A stretch of DNA of 55,695 bases, filler included, from Dirinaria sp. TL-2023a (lineage: Eukaryota), in NCBI GenBank assembly GCA_051941275.1. It is 3 parts of 3 records of this genome, joined end to end, with 100 filler letters (N's around TTAATTAATTAA, not from the genome) between each part and the next. Parts side by side here need not be neighbours in the genome. Positions count along the whole stretch, not along the records: positions 18,653 to 37,139 come from JAVEBF010000382.1; positions 37,240 to 55,695 come from JAVEBF010000383.1; 1 more part is not named here. The stretch is one strand, 5' to 3'. This document shows, piece by piece, positions 36,126 through 47,825 of the stretch. The notes beneath the pieces were generated by a model. It was not told where the DNA came from, ran no database searches, and saw only the letters and a program-made list of their open reading frames with translations. The position numbers and the translations under genes are program-made. Within the stretch, counting starts at the first letter, position 1; the number at the start of each line of letters is the position of its first letter.

Positions 36126-37139
36126 ATGCTTTGCAAATTTCAAAACTCCGTCTACTGTGTCTTCCTCTACTTCACTGTTATATTGCAGCAATACGCCTCG
36201 CCCTACGTCGCACAGCTGCCGCATCCAACAAGCGACAACCCGAACCTGATAGCTATCCATAACAACTCTCTCTCAACAACTCTCTATAAGTAAGTCTTCC
36301 TTCAAAAATCCAATTCCTTTCATGGCATCTCCGCTAACAACACCACCAGCGCGCAAACCCCCACCAGTCTCTCCCAGGAAGAGCCTCCAACGGACTTCAG
36401 AGTGGAGTACAACTGGAAATCGCAGAGCATCAACTTCCGCGACCTCGATTTCTTCAAGACGGTAATCCTCAATGCGGCAACCATGGCACTTCGGAGCTGG
36501 AACGAGCCAATCTCGTCATTCAGATTCCCCACCCCCTTCAAAATCGCCATCGGATTCGTAAGCAACCCCGCGGGTCCCGGCTTCTGCGCCAAATATATAA
36601 TGTGGGCGCTCGAAGAGACGTTTGACATCCTGGTCGAAAACGCACGATATGCGGCCGGGACGGTGGTCGTGACTCTCGGGCCCCGCGGTGTTGGAGTCGG
36701 CAATGTCTATTCTACCATCCACCCATCGCTGCTCGTCAATGGAACGGCCGCTACGACGCCTCTGGTCCAAAAAGAAGCACAACTAGAAGAGCCATCACCT
36801 TCGAATTCGTCATCGACACTGTCTTTCTCAGACCCGGATCCATCAGCAGCGCTTGGAGGCCTCGCCGCACACCACCGCACAGGCCAAATCAGACTGCACT
36901 ACCGCGCCCACGGGCACATCTTTACCCCGGCGCAAATCTTCAACGCGACCCTCAAACTCCTCCTCCTCACCGCCGAGAACCCGCAACGAAGAGTCTCCAT
37001 CTGGCCCAAAATCGCCACGTACAACGTCATGGAAGACTTCACCTACACGATGCGGCCCACGAGTTTCGCCCTGCGCGAAGGTTTCGAGGTCATCGATGCC
37101 ATTTTCGCGCTGACCACCATTGTGGATGCGATGAGTAGG
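36126..37139 (+). CDS. Hypothetical secreted protein; truncated by the gap
   Basis: Hydrophobic N-terminus MLCKFQNSVYCVFLYFTVIL; intron 36290-36349 (GTAAGT...GCTAAC...CAG) in frame with the 36402 ORF. Two loosely similar domains are separated by a Ser/Pro linker. Confidence 0.7.
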
Positions 37140-37239
37140 NNNNNNNNNNNNNNNNNNNNNNNNNNNNNNNNNNNNNNNNNNNNTTAATTAATTAANNNNN
37201 NNNNNNNNNNNNNNNNNNNNNNNNNNNNNNNNNNNNNNN
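37140..37239. other. Artificial contig-joining spacer
   Basis: Identical N44-TTAATTAATTAA-N44. Confidence 0.97.
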
Positions 37240-37692
37240 GCGTCGCTCTTCTTGCCCGTCGCCTCGGTACATATCAGCATGTCAGCGATGCTAAGCGATG
37301 CGCCGCACTCCGCCGCGGCCCCGGAGAAGAGATACAAGTGCACATAGAGCCTCTCAAGTTCGGGTTGGCTCAGTGGGAGAGCAGCGTCCACACGTAAGCC
37401 TTGTTGTTGCGCTAGGCGCTCAAGATTGGAAATATGCCTAAAAAGCCCAACTCGGTGTTGGTGTCATAGTTGCATTTTGTGAGCAGCGCCAGCAGCGCAG
37501 GCAACGTGTCGGGAGCGAGCAGAGTGGTCAGTGTGTGTGGTCGGAGTAGGCACTGCCGCTGAGGCTGACGGCATGTGGAAAATTGTGAATTGGTTGTTAT
37601 TGGTGATAGCTAGAGTGAGGAAAGCGGCTGAGTGATTTGACAAGAGCGGATTTGAGGTCGTTGAGGTTGTTTGAAGCAATAGCCTCGGTCAT
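37240..37692 (-). pseudogene. Ankyrin-repeat pseudogene fragment
   Basis: LALLTKCNYDTNTELGFLG...SA*RNNKAYVWTLLSH*ANPNL and, after a frameshift, AAAECGASLSIADML...KKSDA resemble ankyrin repeats with stops. Confidence 0.5.
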
Positions 37693-39051
37693 GTCGGGGG
37701 TTGACGGAGGGATCTGGTATGTTTGATGCCTGCCTAACATCTCGACCTGCGTCACAAAGATGGATTACTTAGCCAACGCTGATTTCTGAGGAAGCTTGTA
37801 CTCGACATTTAACTACTTAGTGATCAAGTCTTATTTTTCTCGGATTTTGTGCCCGAAAACTGCTCATGGTACGATGGCAAGGGTATATCCTGAAAAAGTG
37901 TGGTGATAGATTCGACGTCATATAGCATGTGATCGAGGGGCGGTCAAATCTGTCGTCGTATTTGAGCGTGTAAGGGATGGTATCAAGAGTAATCGCAAAC
38001 GTTGGGCTGCCTACCCGGACCTTGAAACAGGACTGAAACAGGACGAAAAAAAAAACCCACCGAGAGACTGAGCTTAAGTTGAATGATAGACATGCTCGTT
38101 CAAGGGTCAGGTATGGGAAAGTCTGATAGTGTCTCTTGGAGGAGTAAGGTAGGAGTACCTACGGAATCTTACGTGGCATTATTCTGCGCTCTTGGTCGTA
38201 TGGCAGGCACTACAATGACAGATCATGTGATGGTTGTGCGCAAGAAAGGATGGAAAAGTGGGATGGGGAATTTGCCAATTTTCAAATTTCCAGATTGGCA
38301 ATTGTCGCGGAATTTCGGGTTTTGAACTTTTGGCCGGGATATTGTAAGTTTGGTCGCCTGCACAGGGTCTTTGTGGGGGTCGTCGCTGTGTGGGATGAGA
38401 GAGGCTCGTCTCGTCAACTGCAACGGCCAACGGTCCTCGGTCCTGCTGCACTGAACCTCCCACCTGGGTTCTGCTATAACGCCAGATGCTTATCAAAGGA
38501 TCATTGCGGCATACAGTACATACTTTCAGTAATGGAGCCTGCTTCCCCAGACCAACCGAGGGAAATTTGTGACGCGCGGGGATACGAGTACATGTACCTC
38601 ATGTATGTCATATCACTCTTGCCGAAGCGGCTCGATCCAATGGCCGACCATTGTAGATTATTTGTGCGAAATATTTTTAACGTTAATTGGTGGAGGTAGT
38701 GTATTACTAGATCTGGTTTGCATAAGGTTTGCAAACCAAATGTGGGAAAGCCCCTTTTTCCGGGCTCGGGTCGATGCGAAACAACCCACTACACGTCAGC
38801 TAGCAGACTTGAGGAAACGAACCAGATGCCGTCGCTTCGCGAATATTCTCCACAACCAATTGTCAGGTGGCTCAACCTTGTTCAATTGCCACAACGGTGG
38901 CTGGCTGTCCACGCGGGAAATCGCCGAACCGAGACGGGATCTGCTGGGACTTCCATTCTCAATCAACCCAAAATACAAGTGCTATCAATAATTTCCAGCC
39001 TGACTGTTGGGGTGAAGGTGAGAGGACAAAGCTTTCGAGACTTTGAGAGTA

Positions 39052-39754
39052 CCATAGCGGTTGTATACGAGTCTGTATTACCGTATATTGATGGTTTCTT
39101 AGTAAACACGGTCATTTGACTGGTACAACGGTATAATGACGTGATATGGTAAAAATTCAGAGACGCCATTGAAGATTTACGGTCATTTCTAAAAAAACGG
39201 TCATTTGACGGTATTCGCAATTTAGCGTGTAATAGAAAAAGACGATAAACGTGGATAAACGTCTCCAATTTTTTTCAGATTATATATACTTTTAAGGCTT
39301 GGCACAGGTAGAAGTAATATTAGCTTAGTTGTAAATAGAGAATAGATAACAAATCAATTTAAAAATATCAGTGTTCGATTCTCACGCGTGAAATTAATTT
39401 GTGTAGTGTGCCTTATACTCTTACTTTATCTAAGATACCTTACATTATAAGTCTCCTCAAGCTCAAAAGATTTAGCAGTAAAAGATCGTCCAAATAATTT
39501 TTTGGAAGTAGAGAGATTAAGCGAATGGCGGTCATTCTACAGTCATTCTACGGTCATTTTACGGTCATTTCACGGTCATTTCAAAGTGAAACGTCAACAA
39601 TGACGTTCCACTTTTTTGGAACGTTAGAATCATTTTGACCGTCTCAAAAAAGCAATCAAACGTTTACGGTCAACTAAAAATTGACGACAATGGAATGTTA
39701 CCGTAGAACTATCGTCTGATTACCGTAATCAGAACACTCATTGGGCCGCTATGG
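39052..39754. mobile_element. Non-autonomous DNA transposon (MITE-like) with TIRs and TA flanks
   Basis: TA|CCATAGCGG (39052) ... CCGCTATGG|TA (39754), with weaker inverted similarity for ~55 bp. Repeated ACGGTCATT motifs; AT-rich noncoding interior. Confidence 0.7.
39528..39582 (+). repeat. Five tandem 11-bp units (consensus ACGGTCATTYY)
   Basis: gcggtcattct acagtcattct acggtcatttt acggtcatttc acggtcatttc. Confidence 0.9.
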
Positions 39755-40295
39755 TAAGATTCACGTGTTAATCAATCGCAGAGGAGTTGCGGATACTAGG
39801 TCCTGACCTGGGCAGACCATCGCGTGGCGTAAAAAAGAACAAGGTATTTCTGCATAAGGTACGGAGTAACCTCATGTGGCTAGTGCGTGATCCATGCGCT
39901 TCGACAGGGTCGAGGCGGGTGTGAATGGCTATTGGTCAACTGACCCCTGGGCGGCTCAAATCTAGCGTCGAAATGTAGTGCCGCTGGTCGTCGACTCAAT
40001 TTCTCAATCTCATTTGCTCATTTTAAAACAATTGAATGCGTCGACCACACGGTGAGGGGCCGCGCGTTGCCTCTAGAACCATAAAGAAGGACGTGAAAGC
40101 CGCTTAATGAAGCTAGCTACAAGAGCTGCTGGTAAATGCGTGACTGTCCTACCCTATTTAACTTGCCTTTCTTCGTTCTTTTGAAAATGCTCATGGTTAA
40201 CACTCGCCTTGCTTCTCTCGAATTTGCTATCACCAAAGCTTCACAATTCCTTCAATAATAAGTAGATTGGTCACTGCTATCGGCTGGAGACAAGC

Positions 40296-41020
40296 ATGCA
40301 TTTATTCACTCGGATCAAAACCAAGTTCCTTTCCGCGTCGCAACCTTGCCCACCCCACCAACTCCACAAAATCGAGAATGTGCAAGAGATACTTATCTGG
40401 CCCCTGTCTGATAAGAACCCAAGAAATTATCTCGCCTTGTTTGATACTGGAGCACAAATAAACTTAATCATCCGCTCCATTGTCAATGACTTGGATCTCC
40501 CAATCTACAAAGATTATACTGGACCCGAAGTCGTCGAGGTCGTCGAAGGCATGAACTTTCTGGTTAACAATTATGTACAACCCAAGTGGCAGCTGCACAT
40601 AGGTCAAACATCACATCGGGAATTCCCCTTCTTCGTGGTCGACCAACTACCTCACAGCCTGGGTGTCGTGCTGGGATACCATGTCATGAATGACATCGGC
40701 ATAAGTCTTCATGCCAGCAAGATGGCTCTTCCCCTCTTCTTAAAGAGCGGAAAAGGTTCGTCGTGCCTCCTCGCTTCGGAAGGATAGTAATGTGACTTGA
40801 CCTATTAGACAGCAACGTCCAAAAGCAGCCTCAGCACACTAGTCAGATCCTCGATGGTGCCAGACGTCGGGAACAGAGGCAGAAGACGCTTGATCAAGCC
40901 CATGGGTATACGGCAAAGCCATCTGAACATAGGACGCCACAACATCAGCCATCGCAGCAGCTCGCTAAGGAAAGAGATAGCGCGTACTCTCAGTCGCAAA
41001 ACAAGACCTCACACAAATAG
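40296..41020 (+). CDS. Stand-alone retropepsin-like aspartic protease domain protein
   Basis: YLALFDTGAQINLI catalytic motif, FFVVD...VVLG downstream; intron 40756-40808 (GTTCGT...TAG) to a Gln-rich tail ending TAG at 41020. The true start may lie upstream. Confidence 0.7.
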
Positions 41021-41637
41021 ATCGCTGGTCGAGTGAACTGGGAGCGACATTAAGCCAACTCCGTGGAAAGACTTTCTTTCTTCTTTCCCAGACGTCGACT
41101 AAGGCTTTCTGACCAGTGCATTCTTTATCATTTCTCTGCCTGTCTTTTCTCTTGGCATGGAGCGGTAACAGATTGATGAGGGGTTTTGTGGACAGAGAAG
41201 AGAATGGCTAGGCCCCCACGAGAATGTGAATGTAAATATGTAATGATGTTATGATTCCTCAAGAGTATGTGCTACGTAAACAGGACATCAACAGCATGCG
41301 CATAGATAATGTGTGTTTGTTCATACTGTAAGCCAGTATGCAGAAATGAGCGAGGACGTGTCAAAAGCCTACGGAACTAAGCCTTTTTGGAGTAGCCTGT
41401 CACGGCCCGGTCGGCAGAAATTCGGTCCGAAAACACGTTGAGTAAGGTAGGGAGTAATAGGCCCGAGGGGCGAGGGGCTTACCTTAGTCAGGCATCTCTT
41501 CTACATGTGGTTAATTGATGCTGTTTAACCAACACTATCGATGATGTGTACATGAACTTGACTCACAATAAAATAATCTGTTCCGACTTCTCTTTTCGCA
41601 GGGTCAGTTCTATTCGTGGTCCTCAATAGTAACAAGG

Positions 41638-43641
41638 ATGGCTAAGGCGACGCCTAATGTACTATCGGCGCGCTGCACAAAGATCTGAAAATAAGATCAT
41701 CGTCGCTCAAGTTGGAGCTACAATCCGATGTTGATCCCAAGATTGCTACCAGTGCGATAGAACTACAGGATGCCAGCAATCATGATCAAGCTGCGCAGAA
41801 ATCTAGCCGCACGCAAGAACAGGCCGGAGCCGACGAAATATTTGGATCTTCGGTTAACGGAAACTTGGAATGCTTCCACGGTCCCACAGGGATCAGATCT
41901 GCACTTTAGTTCACATGAATCTTTCTGCAACATTCCTTCATGGGATTGTGTGCGTGTCGCATTGTCGCAAGAGAGGAAGGCGCAGAGAGCGCCAAAGCCG
42001 ATGATAACTTGCCCGACAGCAGGTGTATAGGTCCTTTGAGCCAGGTCGTCACCGAGCAATTCAGCGCTCTCAGCGATCTAGGATGGCATCAAGCAGCATG
42101 GCAGATTCTCTGGGACAAGAGCGAGACGAGGTTTACTGACTGACGCTCAAGAGAGCTTGCTTGCACTATCTGCACCAATGATCTTTGGACGACTGTATTG
42201 ATTTTATTCGATGAAGACACTTTACATGTCCTCGATTTTCGTCTTCATCATTGGCGCAATTCTGACCGCCGCCGCTTCAACGGCTAAAGCATTCAATATA
42301 GGGCGTGCACCGAACGGTTTAGGAGCAGCCGGCATGAGTGCGGGCGTATCGATGTGAGCTTTCAAACAAACGGTAAATGTAAATTATTATGAGATCCTTA
42401 TTATTGATAGATCATGTCAGCATCATCGCGAATACAACCTCATTCGAGCACTGGCCCATTTTTCTTGCAAATTTCGACGGCGTAGAATGTGCCGCCCTCC
42501 TTTGGTCTCTTGATGAGCGGAACCGTAGTTCATCACTCGTTATGGAGTGTCAGCTTCTACATCATCATCCCGCTGGGCGTCATTATCGTTGCTGCAGTGC
42601 TCTTCAGCACCGATCATCTCCGTCGGCCCAAAAATGCACAACTCAACCGTAACGCTAGACACGAGCGGCTCGACTTGGAAGGCTTCAACAAAGAAGTACC
42701 AATGACTGTGTTTCGTACTTTTCCTACAGTGGGGGAAAGGCTATAGACTTGGGCTAATTGGAGAATTGTCCTTCTGCTCGCAACGACTTTGGTGCTTCTT
42801 ACTATATTCCTTCTCGTGAATACAGAGCTGGAGACAAAAGCATGGTCCCACTGACAATGCTGCGTCAACGTACTGTCATCTTCGTGAGTTTCATCACTTT
42901 TTGCAATTGTGCGACTCTTTGGGCGACGGCGTATGACGTGAGCCACAGTCCATCTCCTTGCACTGATGGCTTGCGTTGTTAACTAGTGTCCAGTTACCTT
43001 CGTACTTCCAAGCAGTACGCGGTGCAAGCACACTCCAATCTGGTCTCATGTACCTACCTCTGGCTGTAGCTATGGCTATCACTGCGCTAGCTGAAGGTTC
43101 TTTGATGAGTTTTATCGGCTACTACAGTCCGGTCTTGATGCTCGGCAGCGTTTTTGCGGCTGTTGCAGTGGGGCTCAAAGGTACATTGACGCCGAACACA
43201 GATTCCGGGGAGTGGATATTGTATCAAATCGTCTACGGGATTGGCATCGGAATGGCTTCCCGACCGCCCTCCATTGACGTAGAAACTGTGCTTAATGGAT
43301 CCACGGCGCCCACAGGACTAGCTCTATTGAATTTAACATTGATCTTCGGCGGCATGGTCATCCTATCCATTGTGCAAAATATGTTCCTCAACCGGTTATC
43401 CCGCAATCTGGCCATAGAAGTGCCAGGACTAGATCCGGACTTGGCATTGAGTAATGGCGCGACAGACCTTGTCCAAGCGGTCTCTGCACAATTCCGCGAC
43501 CGGGTGCTAGGCGCCTATGACGGGGTTCTTAAGGATGTTTTTGGTATTGCATGAGGTCTTGCATGTCTGGCCGTCGTCAGCACACTCGATATCGAGTGGA
43601 AGTCTGTTAAGAATGAAAAAATAAATAAGCACCCCAGGTGA
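41638..43641 (+). pseudogene. MFS drug:H+ antiporter (DHA2, AflT/GliA-like) pseudogene
   Basis: Remnants VTEQFSALSDLGW, IGRAPNGLGAAG, LPSYFQAVRGASTLQSG, IGYYSP, YQIVYGIGIG and terminal IEWKSVK. Several stops and frameshifts, including TGA 43552-43554 before the last helix. Confidence 0.85.
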
Positions 43642-45698
43642 TTCCATTATTGCAAATCCCTTACGCTTGCAGGCTTAGCGCAGGAAATCTCTAAGCGAAC
43701 GTTTGTCTTCCAAGCTACGAAGATCTTGCCCTAAAACAGTCAAATGCAGTATAATAATTGGACCGGAGGTCGACATCATCGTCTGGCCATGCTCTACTCT
43801 GTCGACATGACTCGGTCGGAGTCCATCGTTGGTCTTGTTTAACCAGGTGACTGCTCTTACGGGTCAAGGACAGACACTAATTTGGCGTTCTGCCTCAGCG
43901 CCAGTGGCTTGACTGACAGTCTTTGCAGCCAGCGCCTTTTCATTGTACTTTCCGGACAACCTCGACAGTGAATTGTCGAGGGCACGAGGTATGAACGATA
44001 ACCGCCACCTCACAACGAGATCCCCAAGCCGCCTCAACCCGATGATGCGAGTTGCACCCAAGACGCTTGTGAGCAAGACGGAGCTGTATAGCACTGATAC
44101 CTCTTAAAACTCGTATTTTGTGCTTATTCACGCGCTGAGAGGGTACTTTAAGGCGTTAATATCGAGGTCCATCCAGCATACATTTAGCACAATGGTATCA
44201 GACGACAGGTGGAAGCTTACACAGGCCCTCAATTCAGCCCTGGGAAATGGGGATATCACCTTCCAAACCGAGGATCAACTAGTACGGCAGCAAACGGCAC
44301 TTCGTCTCTGACAGCATGTTGACCTTCTGAAGAACCTTAGGCTTGGGCAATTGCGTGGTGTCAGACGTAGCGGCAATCTGCGGCGACGGATGGAAGCGTG
44401 GAAATGTTAAGGGTCATGAGCTTGGCACACAGGGCGAGATGAAATGAAGTTGAGCCCCTAACGCGGTCCGTCTTTGAAGCAATGCAAAACCGAAATTTCA
44501 GAGTACAGCTCGGCAGAGCGATCGAGACATACGGTCGGATTTACTTGTCACCTGCCAAGACTTATTACTGATACTTCATGTACTCATCCGATCGCGGGAT
44601 ATTTCATCAGCGCAGTTGGTCAAGGCTAGCCGATTCTGACATTGTAGCTTGTTATGTTGACTGAGTTGAGCCGAAAGTTCTTAACTACCGAATAAAGAGT
44701 GTGACTGCATACTCGTGATCCTACAACTTTTTCCTATCCCCTTGATCACGAGCGAGCGAAGAAAGAATAAAAAGTAAGGATAAAGTACGAAAGGAATATA
44801 ATGGTTTGAAGATAAGAAAGAAAGAGTGTCTTGGGGTCGATTTTTCAAACACCTGTTGACATGGACTTAAAAGCAAGTGGGTTCCGAAGAAAGTAGGGAT
44901 CAGGCTGCAATTTACACCCAAAAGGAAGCGCAGCCATCCAACATCACTCTGCATCACCCAGGTCGCGCGTCTTTAAGGCGGCGCTCACCCAGTGCTTGAT
45001 TGGGCGTGAAGTCAGGGCAGATTTCGTTCTCCTTTGCATTAGGCTGTCATGCACTTCAGGTATGCATTATTATTATCCTTTTACCTCCTTTCTCTCCTGA
45101 TTGTTACAATGTGAATCATGCATTACCAATTCCAGTGCTTTGAGGCTCACAATACTTTTTGTCTGCGTAAACTCATGCATAATCGGAAGCATGAAGTGCT
45201 GCTCATCGAGATTTAATGTACATTATGCTGAGCCTTGGCAAGGCTTCGCACCTGACCATATCGATATCTTTCAGCCTCGTCAGTAACGTTCTTATCATTG
45301 CTGCCATAAATGCTCGGTTGCATAAATGAGCAAGTTCTCCGAAGCGTTGTGCTGGTACCCAATCAAAAGCCTTACAAAATCGAAATATCGGCTGTAACGC
45401 CCCGCATACCGTACATGGTGTAATCTGTAGCCCTCCCACGACGTCCTCAGATGAACCGAAACAGCATGAATAGGAGTCCTGGGAAACGCTTCCTTACGCT
45501 ACCTGCTCTGTATTCGAGAGAAGCAAACATCTCAAACCATTGCTGAACCCCTTATCGCTGTTATCTTCGTGGTGTGAATGATGCGTGCAATTATTTCTGG
45601 TTCGAAGTTGAACTTTACACAGCTCGAAACTGACAGTTTCGCCTTTCCCATTGACTAAGCAGTGGTAACATCGTGAGTACTGACTTGCCAAGGTCGCC

Positions 45699-46743
45699 AT
45701 GTTGGACTCGTCGTCTGCAGCAGCGCCCGGACGGGGGAGCTGGTTGAGAGTCGCAGCTCTCATGGGTAGCAAACCCGAGATGGCGATCTTCAGAAAGTTT
45801 CGTGTTCTCAATGCCCTTCGGCTACTAGAGATGCAGTCCGACCTGATGCAGCAGGAACAAGATTATGCATACATCTGCTCAAGGGATGCTCGAGTCGACT
45901 GTCCTGCAACTCGATCGTACCCGAAAGATTGGGAAGCTTTGAATGAGTCACTAGGGAAAGGGGGCCCTCACCAGAGAGACGCCTGGAGAAAGCTCCGGAA
46001 CGGATTAGACTCTTATAGTATCTATACATTTCCGCACTTGATTGCTTATGAGAAAGCACTAACATGTTGAACAAACAAAGCTTTGGTGCAACAGATCAAG
46101 ATCTGTAAGCAAGATGGTCCCAGCAAGCACGACTTGAACATACTCCAAGACTGGCTCGTCAGCGCCGAAGGCAACGAATCGTCCTTACGAGGGCCAGGCT
46201 GGGATGCATGGGAGAAAGAGCAACGAGGACTTTGGGACATAGGAAATGATTATGTGGTAATGTCTCCGAAACACAGAAGAAGAGATCGGTTTGAACGCTG
46301 GTTTGGGGACACCGTACTTGGTCTATATAACCGCCTCATGAGCAGGCGCTTCGGAGTAGGCCGTACAAGAGACGAATCCTAACGAAAATGCTGACTGGAA
46401 AGCAATCTCCCAACAAGGATGACGAATTTGGCCTCACAGATTACAATGATGCCAAGATCTCAGTAGCAGCGGACATCACCTGTACTCTATTCGCCCCACT
46501 ACTTACAACTGTGCCGATGTTCGTGCTTTACTTCGTGTCGGATATCAGGACCCGCCTCGGTATAATCATGGGATTTACGACTCTATTTTCCATCAGGTCA
46601 GTGTAATAACGTGCCCATGGTATGTCAACTATCTTATCAGGTATAGCCTTGCATTATTTTCGTCCGCAAGGAGAATCGAAGTCTTTGCTGCAACTTCTGC
46701 ATTCGCAGCTGTCCAGGCTGTTTATGTCACCGTGAATCAGTGA
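45699..46743 (+). CDS. DUF6594-type membrane protein (4 exons)
   Basis: GSWLRVAALM...AIFRKFRVLNALRLLEMQSDL, PSKHDLNILQDWL, C-terminal TMs ending ARRIEVFAATSAFAAVQAVYV. Introns 46018-46080, 46356-46402 and ~46597-46646. Confidence 0.8.
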
Positions 46744-47825
46744 AGATCAGAGGAAGGACGATGGAAGGCGACGTTGAAAAGAAAATTATAGAACAAGAGG
46801 TATTGATGCAAGTATTTACTGGCGATCTTGCGTATTATCTATACTGCATTGGTTGACTAAGTAAAAGAAGGTCTATACAAGACTTACATACTAGACATTA
46901 CCTAGCAATTGCTTTTTTACTTGCCTCGGTACTCAGACCTACCTAAGTTTTGGTCACAAAATTTCTTAGGGTTGTCGCCTGATTTTTAAGGTATCAGCCT
47001 TACCTAGGGTTTGTTTACGCCTAATTAGTTCTAGCTCCTAGCAAACTCTTCTCCATTGAGGTGCAGCCATACCGCACACTACTGCTCAACAAGCTCCGAA
47101 ATATCAGAAAGATTCCCAATCATCTTGTTGCTAAGAGAACGCTTCAAAGCTCATCCCAGAACTGCAGCGAAGATTCGCCTCAGTGGCAAAGCCACGAAAC
47201 AAAGCCATTTCATTTTCTAACCTACATTATCTTCACTTACCTCAGGGTACTCTCCAGGAGTTTCTATCCTTTCTCATAGCCATGTTGAAAGCGCTCATGA
47301 GGGCTACAGAAGCATACATTAGGCAATACTAATGATAGTCTCAGTACGAATTGCACGTACTATCATCACCATTCACCCTCGTAGGCCATTCTTCTGAAAC
47401 CCGAGGTGTTATTTTTTCGAACATGCTCAGAATTTTCATCCCCAAATTCAGCATGCACAGGCGAACGCTTTTAACTCCTATGCTCCTTTTCTCTCCTCTG
47501 CGCCGTAGTTCATTGCGGCCACGGACTTGAAGGCAGCAGTCGGCGGCGGTTTTTTTTGGACGGGTGTCTGATTCCAACTCATTTTATGCTTAATGTGAAT
47601 GAACCATGGAACATCCTATGGGTCATCGCATGTGAAAGCCAGCCTCTGTGTCGGTGACCGACAAATGAACTGAGCATGTGTGAATTATTTAGGCAACTAA
47701 ATAATCCTTTCATCGAGGGCAGAATACGTTTTTAAGGACTTCCTGGCCTCTTAATAAATCCTCTACAATATATATATATATGGGCAATTGTTCTCCGTCA
47801 ACTCAATCAACCTAGGGGTTACACG

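Noticed and set aside
39528..39582. CRISPR-like array
   Set aside because: Contiguous 11-bp units without spacers, in a eukaryotic context.
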